NCBI GenBank assembly: GCA_964369445.1
Contig: CAYJFU010000001.1
Location: forward strand, 3,409-67,408
DNA: 64,000 nucleotides
Origin: an uncultured Oscillospiraceae bacterium
GTDB taxonomy: Bacteria > Bacillota > Clostridia > Oscillospirales > Ruminococcaceae
Direction: 5' to 3'
Shown here: piece by piece, positions 1-8,805 of the stretch
How positions within the stretch are numbered: the stretch's first letter is position 1
Layout: each line of letters begins with the position of its first letter
Notes under the pieces: model-generated
Databases searched by the model: none
What the model was told of the DNA's origin: nothing
Seen by the model: the letters and a program-made list of their open reading frames with translations, nothing else
Position numbers and translations under genes: made by a program

Positions 1-339
1 AAAACCGAAACGGTCGGCACCATCAACTTTGACGATTTTATGAACATCAGCCTCCTTGCCGCCGATGTTGTGGCGTGCGAAAAGGTGGAAAAGTCCAAAA
101 AGCTGTTGAAACTGACACTGAACGACGGCACCGGTGAGCGCACCGTTGTTTCCGGCATTGCAGAATTCTACTCGGCGCAGGATATGGTCGGCAAAAAGGT
201 AGCTATCGTAGCAAATCTAAAACCGGCAAAGCTGTGTGGTGTTATGAGCGAGGGCATGATCCTTGCGGCAGACACCGATGACAGGATAGAGGTCATCTTC
301 CTGCCGGAGAGCATTGCGGTAGGTAGTCGGATTAGGTGA
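1..339 (+). CDS. metG: Methionyl-tRNA synthetase, C-terminal tRNA-binding (EMAP/Trbp111-like) domain; 5' end lies outside the window
   Basis: The frame is open from nt 1. VEKSKKLLKLTLNDGTGERTVVSGIAEFY...KPAKLCGVMSEGMILAA matches the OB-fold tRNA-binding domain at the MetRS C-terminus. It is followed by a hairpin at 388-424. Confidence 0.8.
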   Translation, partial: KTETVGTINFDDFMNISLLAADVVACEKVEKSKKLLKLTLNDGTGERTVVSGIAEFYSAQDMVGKKVAIVANLKPAKLCGVMSEGMILAADTDDRIEVIFLPESIAVGSRIR

Positions 340-387
340 GTGGGCATTGCCTGTATATTAACCCATCTAACTCAATGAAACTTATTT

Positions 388-424
388 AAGAGCAATCCCC
401 CTATCGGTGGTGGGGTTGCTCTTT
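388..424 (+). terminator. Family B-like hairpin (B1) acting as the metG terminator
   Basis: aagagcaatcccc-ctatcggtggt-ggggttgctctt followed by tgatttt. Confidence 0.65.
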
Positions 425-500
425 GATTTTCACCAAAGGTGAAAATTCAGCGGAAAACAACAAGGTAAGCCTGTAAAATCAGCTCACAGAACAAATCTTA

Positions 501-703
501 TAGTCCTTAAACTTGAAGTCCAAAAGAATTTTGCCTATCAATGCGGTGGAAACATGTGCTACACGCTGTTCCTTTAATAGTACACCGAATTGTTAATTTT
601 GACGATAGCAAAACCGAAACATACTGTATGCATTTCGATTGACGCTAGCACAGATCGGCAAATTTTTTCACGAAGATGTGTTCGTTTTCAAGTTGAATAA
701 CTA
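501..703 (+). mobile_element. MITE-like element, family A, long form (A1)
   Basis: TAGTCCTTAAACTTGAAG...gaattttgcctatcaatgcgg...cctttaatagtacaccgaattgttaattttgacgatagcaaaaccgaaaca...tcgattgacgct...GTTTTCAAGTTGAATAACTA. TA flanks lie at 499-500 and 704-705, between the convergent metG and hydA genes. Confidence 0.75.
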
Positions 704-735
704 TATAACGAATTATTTAATCAGCTTTGATTATA

Positions 736-775
736 AAACAAATAACCCCTGCCACCGGCGGGGGTTATTTGTTTT
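736..775. terminator. Family B hairpin (B2), terminator position for hydA
   Basis: aaaacaaataacccc-tgccaccggcg-ggggttatttgtttt, 17 nt beyond the hydA stop. Confidence 0.7.
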
Positions 776-791
776 AACAATTTGTTCGGGA

Positions 792-2549
792 TTAATATCT
801 CTTGGTGCGCTCAACATATTTTGTGTGCAACAGCGCATGTGCCTTGTGGCTACCCGGTGCGCCAAGATATTCGCCGTAAAGGCTCTTGATGCTCTCATTG
901 TTATGGCTGACACGGTTTTTAGATGCCTTGTCCTCGCCGTAAAGTGCAGAAGCGCGCAGACCTTTGAGATCTTTAAAGTTGCGGACAACTGCCGGTTGTA
1001 CCGGCTGACCACCACCGTTTACACAGCCACCGGGGCAAGCCATAAACTCAATGAAGTCATATTCTGCCTCGCCGGCTTTGATGCGACGTAACACTTCGTG
1101 ACAGTTGGAAAGGCCGGAGGCTACACAAACACGAACCTTTACGCCTGCAACCTCGTATGTTGCTTCCTTGATGTTTTCTGTACCACGAACATCGTTAAAG
1201 TCAAGGCTTGCCGGCTCTTCGCCTGTAAGGGTTGCAACCGCTGTACGCAGTGCGGCTTCCATAACACCACCGGTTGCGCCAAAGATGTGTCCTGCGCCGG
1301 AGGCTTCGCCCAGAGCGGGGTCAAACTGCTCGTCCGGCAGGTTGACAAAGTCGATACCTGCGCGGTAGATAACGCGTGCAAGCTCACGTGTTGTAAGTGC
1401 TACGTCAACGTCCGGCAGACCTGAGGCCGCTTGGTTTTCACGTCCTACCTCAAACTTTTTAGCTGTGCAAGGCATGATGGACACTACAAAGATGTCCTCG
1501 GGCTTTTTGCCGATCTTTTCAGCATAGTATGTCTTTGCAACGGCACCGAACATCTGTTGCGGGCTCTTACAGGTGGACAGATTTTCGATAAAGTCGGGGT
1601 GGAAGGTCTCGCAGTATTTTACCCAACCCGGACTACAGCTTGTGATAAGCGGAAGTGTACCGCCGTGCTGTACGCGGTGTAAAAACTCGGTTGCCTCCTC
1701 CATGATGGTGAGGTCAGCGGCAAAGTCGGTGTCATAAACGCCGTCAAAGCCCAGGCGACGCAGTGCGGCAACCATCTTGCCCTCTACATTGGTGCCGATA
1801 GGCATGTGGAAAGCTTCGCCCAGTGTAGCACGTACCGACGGTGCTGTCTGCACGATAACATGCTTTGTGTCATCGGCAAGCGCCGCCCATACCTTATGGG
1901 AATCGTCTTTTTCAGCAATAGCGCCGGTCGGACAGACAACGATACACTGACCGCAGGATACGCAGGTACTGTCGTTTAAGTCTGCTTCAAAAGCACAAGC
2001 AACGTGAGTTTTAAATCCGCGCTCGTTAGCACCGATACAACCGACTGCCTGCCACTTGTTACATGCAGCGATACAGCGACGGCAAAGTATACATTTAGAG
2101 TCGTCACGTGTCATGTGGACGGCACTGTCGTCGGTGATGTACTCATTTTTAACACCGGCAAAACGGTCGGTGTTGGTTATGCCATACTCCTGACACAGGC
2201 GCTGAAGTTCACAGCTACCACTACGCACACAGCCAAGACAGTCCTGATTGTGTGTGGAAAGTGTCAGTTGCAGGTTAGTTTTGCGAGCGTTGTGCACGCG
2301 CGGACTTTGAGTGTTTATCTCCATGCCGGCGGCTACAGGGTGAACACAGGCAGTGACAAGACTGCGTGCGCCCTTGACCTCGACAACGCACACGCGACAT
2401 GCGCCGATGGCGTTGATTTCTTTGAGGTAGCACAGTGTGGGAATCTCTATTCCGAGGTCGTGGCAGACCTCCAAAATAGTCTTGCCCTCCTGCACCTCGT
2501 AATCAACACCGTTGATTTTTACATTAATGTTAGCCATTTTTTCCTCCAA
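792..2549 (-). CDS. hydA: [FeFe] hydrogenase catalytic subunit, multi-cluster bifurcating/NAD(P)-linked type (HydA/HndD-like)
   Basis: 585 aa with an N-terminal 2Fe-2S motif (CYLKEINAIGACRVC), a His-ligated cluster motif (HNQDCLGCVRSGSC) and two 4Fe-4S motifs (CILCRRCIAAC, CVSCGQCIVVCP). H-cluster motifs are TSCSPGW, MPCTAKKFE and EFMACPGGCVNGGGQP. It is the last gene of the hydC...hydB-hydA operon. Confidence 0.9.
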   Translation of the reverse strand: MEEKMANINVKINGVDYEVQEGKTILEVCHDLGIEIPTLCYLKEINAIGACRVCVVEVKGARSLVTACVHPVAAGMEINTQSPRVHNARKTNLQLTLSTHNQDCLGCVRSGSCELQRLCQEYGITNTDRFAGVKNEYITDDSAVHMTRDDSKCILCRRCIAACNKWQAVGCIGANERGFKTHVACAFEADLNDSTCVSCGQCIVVCPTGAIAEKDDSHKVWAALADDTKHVIVQTAPSVRATLGEAFHMPIGTNVEGKMVAALRRLGFDGVYDTDFAADLTIMEEATEFLHRVQHGGTLPLITSCSPGWVKYCETFHPDFIENLSTCKSPQQMFGAVAKTYYAEKIGKKPEDIFVVSIMPCTAKKFEVGRENQAASGLPDVDVALTTRELARVIYRAGIDFVNLPDEQFDPALGEASGAGHIFGATGGVMEAALRTAVATLTGEEPASLDFNDVRGTENIKEATYEVAGVKVRVCVASGLSNCHEVLRRIKAGEAEYDFIEFMACPGGCVNGGGQPVQPAVVRNFKDLKGLRASALYGEDKASKNRVSHNNESIKSLYGEYLGAPGSHKAHALLHTKYVERTKRY

Positions 2550-2554
2550 AAATC

Positions 2555-4342
2555 TTACTGCCTGACAATGGCATCAAATTTGCATTTTTCTATGCATGCG
2601 CCACATTTAATACAGGTATCGGTATCAATAACATGAGCCTGCTTAACTTCGCCACTGATAGCACTAACCGGACAAACACGCTTACAAGCTGTGCAACCCT
2701 TACACTTATCAGCAATAACAAAGAAATTGACAAGATCTTTACAAACGCCGGCAGGGCAACGTTTTTCGTTGATGTGTGCCTCATACTCGTGACGGAAGTA
2801 ACGCAGTGTCGAGAGTACCGGGTTTGGCGCTGTCTGACCCAGACCGCACAGAGAGTTGTCTTTAATGAAAGCCGCAAGCTCTTCGATATCATCAATATCC
2901 GACGGTTTGCCGTTGCCGGAAGTGATTTTTTCAAGCAGTTCAAGCAGACGCTTTGTACCAACACGGCACGGGGTACATTTACCACAGCTCTCGTCGACGG
3001 TGAAGTCAAGGAAGAACCTTGCGATGTCAACCATACAGGTCTCTTCGTCCATGACGATAAGACCGCCCGAACCCATCATGGAACCGATGGCGATAAGGTT
3101 GTCGTAGTCAATGGGGGTGTCGATAAGCGATGCGGGAATACAGCCACCGGACGGGCCACCCGTCTGAGCCGCTTTAAATTTCTTGCCGTTCGGGATACCG
3201 CCGCCGATGTCCTCGACGATCTCGCGCAGGGTTGTACCCATCGGGATTTCAACAAGGCCGGTATTATTTATCTTGCCGCCCAGAGCAAACACCTTTGTGC
3301 CCTTTGACTTTTCGGTACCCATCGAGGCGAACCACTCGGCACCGTTTAGGATAATCTGCGGAATGTTTGCGTATGTCTCAACGTTGTTGAGGATGGTGGG
3401 CTTGCCAAAAAGACCCTTGACCGCCGGGAACGGAGGACGGGGACGCGGCTCACCGCGGTTGCCCTCGATGGAGGTCATAAGAGCTGTCTCCTCACCGCAG
3501 ACAAATGCGCCCGCGCCGAGTTTTATCTCTAAATCAAAGTTAAAGCCTGTGCCGAAGATATTTTCGCCCATAACGCCGGACTCTTTTGCCTGGTCAAGAG
3601 CAATCTGTAGCCTTTTAACGGCGATGGGGTACTCAGCACGCACATAGACGTAACCCTTGTCAGCGCCGATAGCGTAGCCGGCAATTGCCATAGCTTCAAT
3701 AAGTACATGGGGGTCGCCCTCGAGCACACTTCTGTCCATAAATGCGCCGGGGTCACCCTCGTCAGCGTTACAGCAGACGTATTTTTGACTGCTTTCACTC
3801 GCCTTACATAGCTTCCACTTGATACCGGTCGGGAAACCGCCGCCGCCTCTGCCGCGCAGACCGCTGTCCAGAATTTCCTTTACAACGTCGTCCGGTGTCA
3901 TCTCGGTCAAAACCTTACCGAGTGCCGCGTAGCCGTCGTAAGCTACATACTCTTCAATCTTTTCGGGGTCGATAACACCACAGTTGCGAAGTGCAACACG
4001 CTTTTGCTTTTTGTAAAAGCCGGTGTCGTTGAGGGATTTGACGATGCCGTCTTCCACCGTCTCGGTATAGAGCAGGCGGGTGACGATACGTCCTTTGAGC
4101 AGATGCTCGGACACGATTTCAGGTATATCCTTGACGTCTACCATCGAGTAGAAAGCGCCTTCGGGATAGATAACAACAATCGGACCTAACGCACAAAGAC
4201 CGAAACAACCTGTTGTTACGACCTTGACTTCCTTTTCAAGACCTGCCGTGACAAGCTCTTTTTCAAAAGTCTCAATAATTTTTACACTGCCGGAGGAGGT
4301 ACAACCGGTACCGCCGCAGACAAGCACATGGGATCGATACAT
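2555..4342 (-). CDS. hydB: Hydrogenase NADH-binding flavoprotein subunit (NuoF/51-kDa-like, HydB/HndC)
   Basis: 595 aa with a thioredoxin-like 2Fe-2S N-terminus (VLVCGGTGC...CFGLCALGP), a GRGGGGFPTG FMN/NADH core and a C-terminal 2x[4Fe-4S] domain (CKGCTACKRVCP, CIKCGACIEKC). Confidence 0.9.
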   Translation of the reverse strand: MYRSHVLVCGGTGCTSSGSVKIIETFEKELVTAGLEKEVKVVTTGCFGLCALGPIVVIYPEGAFYSMVDVKDIPEIVSEHLLKGRIVTRLLYTETVEDGIVKSLNDTGFYKKQKRVALRNCGVIDPEKIEEYVAYDGYAALGKVLTEMTPDDVVKEILDSGLRGRGGGGFPTGIKWKLCKASESSQKYVCCNADEGDPGAFMDRSVLEGDPHVLIEAMAIAGYAIGADKGYVYVRAEYPIAVKRLQIALDQAKESGVMGENIFGTGFNFDLEIKLGAGAFVCGEETALMTSIEGNRGEPRPRPPFPAVKGLFGKPTILNNVETYANIPQIILNGAEWFASMGTEKSKGTKVFALGGKINNTGLVEIPMGTTLREIVEDIGGGIPNGKKFKAAQTGGPSGGCIPASLIDTPIDYDNLIAIGSMMGSGGLIVMDEETCMVDIARFFLDFTVDESCGKCTPCRVGTKRLLELLEKITSGNGKPSDIDDIEELAAFIKDNSLCGLGQTAPNPVLSTLRYFRHEYEAHINEKRCPAGVCKDLVNFFVIADKCKGCTACKRVCPVSAISGEVKQAHVIDTDTCIKCGACIEKCKFDAIVRQ

Positions 4343-4419
4343 ATAAAAGCACCATTAGCCTTTCCGCTCACAAATCATCAGGCTCGGAACCGCCGTGAGC
4401 AGTACGATTCCGTTATGTT

Positions 4420-4785
4420 TTATTTCGCGCCTATTGTGTATTCCGTAACTGCGTTGCCGTTGACAATGTGGTCGGTAACGATTTTAGAAACCTTTTCCGG
4501 TGACATTTTAACGTAGGTAACCTTTTCCTGACCCGGTACAAAAACTTCAACAACCGGCTCGTATTGGCAGATGCCTATGCAACCTGTCTGTGCAACCGTT
4601 ACATTTGTTAGTTTGCGCTTTGCAATTTCGTCCGAGAAGGATGTCAGCACGGGACGTGCTCCTGCCGCTATGCCGCATGTAGCCATACCAACAACGACGC
4701 GAATGTTGCCCTTTGCGTCGTCACGAACGCCGATGGTTTCTCTAGTCTTGTCGCGTAACGCTTTGAGTTCTTCCAAACTTTTCAT
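4420..4785 (-). CDS. Thioredoxin-like [2Fe-2S] ferredoxin (HndB-like small hydrogenase subunit)
   Basis: 121 aa with VVVGMATCGIAAGA...CIGICQYEPVV Cys motifs typical of NuoE-fold 2Fe-2S proteins. It is embedded in the hyd operon and overlaps the upstream gene. Confidence 0.75.
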   Translation of the reverse strand: MKSLEELKALRDKTRETIGVRDDAKGNIRVVVGMATCGIAAGARPVLTSFSDEIAKRKLTNVTVAQTGCIGICQYEPVVEVFVPGQEKVTYVKMSPEKVSKIVTDHIVNGNAVTEYTIGAK

Positions 4786-5318
4786 AATTTTATTTCCTCT
4801 GTATGCTCTTTTATATACTGCCGGACAAAAGCCGCAACGTCCGGCTCGGATAGCGGTACACCCTCTAAGATGTCTTTAAGCTGTACCGTGTCGGTGCAAA
4901 ACTCACCTTTTGGGGTAGCGTAGCGGTAGAAAAAATCCATATGCTCGTTACAGGTGATAAGCACCATAAATGTTTCGGTCATGTCGCCGACGGGCAAACA
5001 GTCGATGTGGCCCGTGTCAAAACTTGCTGTGACACAGGTGCCGACACCCGGCTCGGAGGTGATGTCGAAACTTCCGCCGGTCTGCTCTGCCGCCATTTTA
5101 AAAAACGGCACACCCAGCCCGACTCGTCTTGTCGTGCGCGATGTAAAAAACGGATCGGTGACATGCGCTAACTGCTCGGCGTCCATGCCGCAACCGTTAT
5201 CCCTCACAACAACGGTGAGACGGCTGTCTTTAAAGTCCAGCTCAATATCAACGCGTGTCGCCCCCGCCTTAACGGAGTTTTGCGCTATATCGAGTATGTT
5301 TAGCGACAGCTCTTGCAT
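4782..5318 (-). CDS. GHKL/HATPase_c-domain ATP-binding protein encoded inside the hydrogenase operon
   Basis: 178 aa. NILDIAQNSVKAGA...VRDNGCGMD...GLGVPF are the N, G1 and G2 boxes of histidine-kinase-like ATPases. The same position, between the nuoE-like and nuoF-like genes, is known from Thermoanaerobacter-type hyd operons. Confidence 0.7.
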   Translation of the reverse strand: MQELSLNILDIAQNSVKAGATRVDIELDFKDSRLTVVVRDNGCGMDAEQLAHVTDPFFTSRTTRRVGLGVPFFKMAAEQTGGSFDITSEPGVGTCVTASFDTGHIDCLPVGDMTETFMVLITCNEHMDFFYRYATPKGEFCTDTVQLKDILEGVPLSEPDVAAFVRQYIKEHTEEIKL

Positions 5319-5321
5319 AGT

Positions 5322-5819
5322 TTATATATTGTACTGTGCGAGTATGCCATCGACATCGTCTGTTGTCAGACGTCCGTGGACGTCCTCATTTACGGTGAGA
5401 ACCGGTGCAAGTCCACAAGCGCCGATACAGCGACATGCCTCAAGCGTGAACAGACCATCCTCGGTGGTCTCGCTGTTGCCGATGTTCAGTTTTTGGCTTA
5501 AACGGTCAAATATATCACCGGCGCCCTTAACGTAGCACGCGGTGCCAAGACATACAGAGATCGTGTACTTCCCCTTTGGATTTAGTGAGAACTGGGAGTA
5601 GAATGTTACAACGCCGTAAATTTGTTCCAGCGGCAACTCCAGTTCCTCCGAGACGACACGTTGAACCTCAATAGGGAGGTAGCCAAAGATTTCCTGAGCG
5701 ACCTGAAGTGCGGGCATAAGCGCACCTTGCTCGGATTTCATCTCATTCAGCTTTTTTCTCAGCGTGTCAATTTGCTCCGCAGTACCTTTAAACGGAGCAA
5801 CTTTAACATTTCCTGCCAT
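5322..5819 (-). CDS. hydC: Hydrogenase NuoE/24-kDa-like [2Fe-2S] subunit (HydC/HndA)
   Basis: 165 aa with CLGTACYVKG...CRCIGACGLAPV, the NuoE-type 2Fe-2S motif. It is the first gene of the operon. Confidence 0.85.
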   Translation of the reverse strand: MAGNVKVAPFKGTAEQIDTLRKKLNEMKSEQGALMPALQVAQEIFGYLPIEVQRVVSEELELPLEQIYGVVTFYSQFSLNPKGKYTISVCLGTACYVKGAGDIFDRLSQKLNIGNSETTEDGLFTLEACRCIGACGLAPVLTVNEDVHGRLTTDDVDGILAQYNI

Positions 5820-6025
5820 AGATAAATTCCTTTCTGAAGTATATAATTTTATAGCCTTAGTTAAAATTATATCATATAAAATCGTTAAAGGCTATAGCAA
5901 ATTTGTAAAAATTTTGAGTTTTTTTATTGCAAGGTGACGAACAGTAATGTATACTTAATTATATAGTTGAAATTTAGTGGCAAAACAGTCTCGGTGCAGA
6001 TAATACCGAGTTACCGCAAACTTAA

Positions 6026-6388
6026 ATGAGGTGTTTTATGACGATTGGTGATATAGTAAATATTTTAGGTGCTGAGCTTGTCTGCGGACAGGATCACATC
6101 GACACGGAGGTGCACACGGCCTGTGCAAGTGACATGATGAGCGATGTGCTCGCGTTTGTGAAAGATCAGGCGGTACTGCTGACCGGTCTTTTAAACACAC
6201 AGACGGTGCGTACAGCGGAGATGATGGATATTATTTGCATCGTGTTTGTGCGCGGCAAAAATCCCACTGAAGACATTATAGAGCTTGCAAACGAGCGTGG
6301 CATTGCGGTTGTTAAAACCGAAAAGCGCATGTTTGAGGCGGCAGGCCGACTTTACGCCGCCGGACTTGCCGGCGGAGACACGCACTGA
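6026..6388 (+). CDS. DRTGG-domain protein (alternative start at 6038)
   Basis: 120 aa. A small CBS-pair-associated-like DRTGG fold (VLLTGLLNTQTVRTAEMMDIICIVFVRGKNP...GIAVV). It is divergent from hydC and first in the sensor cluster. Confidence 0.6.
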   Translation: MRCFMTIGDIVNILGAELVCGQDHIDTEVHTACASDMMSDVLAFVKDQAVLLTGLLNTQTVRTAEMMDIICIVFVRGKNPTEDIIELANERGIAVVKTEKRMFEAAGRLYAAGLAGGDTH

Positions 6389-6405
6389 CACTTTAGGAGG
6401 TTAAC

Positions 6406-6837
6406 ATGAACAAGGACGACATACTTTTGACATTTACCGTGCCGGGTGACGATTTTACGCGCGCCGGCGAGGCCTCCAGCATAGTTAAGCGCAACTTAAA
6501 AAAATTAGGTCTGCCACCGGACACGATACGCCGTATTGCCATAGCTCTTTACGAGGGAGAAATTAATATGGCGATACATGCTCACGGCGGTGACATAGAG
6601 GTTGTTATCGGCAACGACTGCGTTGAGTTGCTTTTAAAGGACACAGGCCCCGGCATACCCGACATCGAAAAGGCGATGCAGGAGGGTTTTTCCACTGCTA
6701 CGGCACAGGTTCGCAATCTAGGGTTTGGTGCCGGCATGGGTCTGCCCAACATGAAACGCAACAGTGACAGCATAGATATACAGTCCGCCGTCGGGGAGGG
6801 CACAACAATAAAGATGATTGTAAACATACCGGAGTAA
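6406..6837 (+). CDS. RsbW/SpoIIAB-like anti-sigma-type Ser/Thr kinase (HATPase_c)
   Basis: 143 aa. ALYEGEINMAIHA...LKDTGPGIPD...GFGAGMGLPNM are GHKL ATPase boxes, and the RBS aggaggt lies upstream. Confidence 0.7.
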   Translation: MNKDDILLTFTVPGDDFTRAGEASSIVKRNLKKLGLPPDTIRRIAIALYEGEINMAIHAHGGDIEVVIGNDCVELLLKDTGPGIPDIEKAMQEGFSTATAQVRNLGFGAGMGLPNMKRNSDSIDIQSAVGEGTTIKMIVNIPE

Positions 6838-6841
6838 CTTC

Positions 6842-8164
6842 ATGTCAAGCAGTGACCAAAAATTTCATTCCGTGCGCCTTGACCGCGATAAATGTTGCGG
6901 ATGCACCAATTGTGTAAAGCGATGTCCAACCGAGGCGATAAGGGTGCGTGACGGTAAGGCGCGGATTATAGAGGACAGGTGTATCGACTGCGGCGAGTGC
7001 ATACGCGTGTGCAAACAGCACGCAAAACTGCCGGTTGTCGACCAGTTGTCGCAACTAGAGGCTTACAAGTATAAAATCGCCCTGCCGGCACCGGCACTTT
7101 TCGGGCAGTTTAATAACCTCGAAAGTGTTTCGACGGTGCTGTACGGACTACTGAAAATGGGGTTTGATGACATTTTCGAGGTGGCAAGGGCCGCAGAGTG
7201 CGTCAGTACATACACACGCTCGGAGCAGTTTTTCGACACCCTCACAAAGCCTATAATCAGCTCGGCATGTCCGGCGGTCGTGCGTTTAATTCGCGTGCGT
7301 TACCCCGAACTACTTGAAAACGTGCTTGCGCTCAACTCACCGATGGAGGTGGCGGCGCGCGCGGCGAGAGCCGAGGCGATGCAACAGCATGGACTTCGCT
7401 CCGAGGACATCGGCATATGCTTTATTTCCCCATGTGCGGCAAAGATGACAGCGACAAAGTCACCGCTTGGCACCGATTACTCCGCCGTTGACCTTGTTGT
7501 CGGCATAAGGGACGTCTATCCACTACTCATTCAAGCGATGAGCAAGCAGGATGATGCGGAACTGTACTCACAAGCAGGGCGCATAGGTCTGAGCTGGGGT
7601 AGCAGCGGCGGCGAGGCGGCGGCACTGTTGCGCAACAATTACCTTGCGGCGGACGGCATCGAAAACGTTATAAACGTGCTGGACAATCTGGAGGACGAAA
7701 AGCTTGCCGGACTTGATTTTGTCGAGCTCAATGCCTGTTGCGGCGGCTGTACCGGCGGCGTGCTAACCGTTGCAAACCCTTACATGAGCAACACCAATTT
7801 GAAAAGTTTAACCCAATACATGCCGGTGATGGGTCACGCTGTGTTGCAATGTCCCGACGAGGTTATAAGGTACGACAAGGAGCTTACACACCTGCCGGTG
7901 CTACAGCTCAACTCCGACAGGCGCACGGCACACGCAATGATGCAACAACTGCGCGATATAGAGGCACACCTGTATGGCATGGATTGCGGTGCATGCGGCG
8001 CACCGTCTTGCAAGGCGCTCGCTGAGGACATAGTGCGCGGCTTTGCCACCGAGGAATTTTGCATGTACAAGATGAAAGACAGGGTGCGCTCGGCGGCACA
8101 AAAGCTGTCGGAACTGTCCGAGATGTTCCCTCAGTTGAAGGAAACCGGCGAGTGGGAGGGGTAA
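6842..8164 (+). CDS. [FeFe]-hydrogenase-like protein with modified H-cluster motifs (putative sensory hydrogenase, HydS-like)
   Basis: 440 aa with an N-terminal 2x[4Fe-4S] domain (CCGCTNCVKRCP, CIDCGECIRVC). The Fe_hyd_lg_C-like core carries SSACP (vs TSCCP), SPCAAKMTA (vs MPCxxKxxE) and ELNACCGGCTGG (vs ExMACxxGCxxGGGQP). The C-terminus has a CGACGAPSC...C motif. Confidence 0.75.
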   Translation: MSSSDQKFHSVRLDRDKCCGCTNCVKRCPTEAIRVRDGKARIIEDRCIDCGECIRVCKQHAKLPVVDQLSQLEAYKYKIALPAPALFGQFNNLESVSTVLYGLLKMGFDDIFEVARAAECVSTYTRSEQFFDTLTKPIISSACPAVVRLIRVRYPELLENVLALNSPMEVAARAARAEAMQQHGLRSEDIGICFISPCAAKMTATKSPLGTDYSAVDLVVGIRDVYPLLIQAMSKQDDAELYSQAGRIGLSWGSSGGEAAALLRNNYLAADGIENVINVLDNLEDEKLAGLDFVELNACCGGCTGGVLTVANPYMSNTNLKSLTQYMPVMGHAVLQCPDEVIRYDKELTHLPVLQLNSDRRTAHAMMQQLRDIEAHLYGMDCGACGAPSCKALAEDIVRGFATEEFCMYKMKDRVRSAAQKLSELSEMFPQLKETGEWEG

Positions 8165-8174
8165 TCACACTCGG

Positions 8175-8202
8175 TTGACAAGTTATTATGTTTTGTGATA
8201 TT
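8175..8202 (+). promoter_or_regulatory. Candidate SigA-type promoter of the hicB/hicA cassette
   Basis: TTGACA (8175-8180), a 16-nt spacer ending in TGt, then GATATT (8197-8202), about 33 nt upstream of the 8235 start. Confidence 0.45.
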
Positions 8203-8234
8203 GTAGAGTTAGGATTTTCACCTGTGAGGGTTGC

Positions 8235-8453
8235 ATGGACTTAACAATCAATATGCTATGGGACAACGAGGCTTGTGTATGGGTAGCCACAAGCGACGAC
8301 ATCCCCGGACTTGTGCTTGAGATGGGATCTTTTGACGGTTTGGTTGAAAGGTTGCGATATGCAATACCCGAATTATTGGAGTTAAACAGTAGCAAATGCG
8401 GTTTTTGTGACCTAAATATTGTCACTAACCGCCACGTTCGGGTAGAAATGTAA
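8235..8453 (+). CDS. DUF1902 / HicB-like antitoxin-family protein
   Basis: 72 aa. WDNEACVWVATSDDIPGLVLEMGSFDGLVERLRYAIPELLELN resembles DUF1902 (HicB N-terminal fold). Its stop overlaps the start of the hicA remnant (TAATG). Confidence 0.55.
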   Translation: MDLTINMLWDNEACVWVATSDDIPGLVLEMGSFDGLVERLRYAIPELLELNSSKCGFCDLNIVTNRHVRVEM

Positions 8454-8790
8454 TGGCAGAATATGAAAAAAAGGTGCGCAAACTGTTATTGCAGAATAAT
8501 TGCTCTTTTGTAAGGCGCGGAATTGGTACAGTCCTATTTCTCGACGACATATATAGTCATTCAACTTTAAAAACGACATGAGATTGCCGAGCAGAAATTT
8601 CGCCTATCAAGGCGGAGGATTGAGTAATACTAAAGTATTGCGATTGACGACAACGCAGATAGACGGGATTTCTGCCGGGAAGATGTGGTGTTTTTCAAGT
8701 TGAAGGACTATAACTGTTGATACTCGCATAAAATCGCGTCACACGGCAAATGCAATATTAAAGCAATGTGGCATAAACTTTAAATTTTAA
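8453..8790 (+). pseudogene. hicA: HicA-family toxin gene remnant, interrupted by a MITE (8554-8710) and with an internal frame disruption
   Basis: The 5' part reads MAEYEKKVRKLLLQNNCSFVRRG. NWYSPISRRHI follows in another frame up to the element. Directly after the element and one TA, the frame continues TVDTRIKSRHTANAILKQCGINFKF*, a HicA-like C-terminus. Confidence 0.6.
8554..8710 (+). mobile_element. MITE-like element, family A, short form (copy A2), inserted in hicA
   Basis: Termini are TAGTCATTCAACTTTAAAAAC...GTTTTTCAAGTTGAAGGACTA, and the arms form an imperfect inverted repeat of roughly 65 bp. TA lies on both sides (8552-8553 and 8711-8712). Removing the element plus one TA restores the hicA frame. 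Confidence 0.8.
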
Positions 8791-8805
8791 CAAGGAGCAC
8801 CACCC

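Noticed and set aside
639-1091. 150-aa plus-strand ORF starting in the intergenic region
   Set aside because: It starts inside MITE copy A1 and then runs antisense through the hydA 3' end. It has no RBS and no recognisable domain.
5820-6025. A Rex (redox repressor) operator in the divergent hydC / sensor-cluster promoter region
   Set aside because: I found only a 9-bp inverted repeat, TATAGCCTT-N30-AAGGCTATA (about 5857-5905), and a small hairpin, ctcggt...accgag (about 5989-6010). Neither matches the TTGTGAA-N6-TTCACAA-type Rex box as I remember it, so no call was made.
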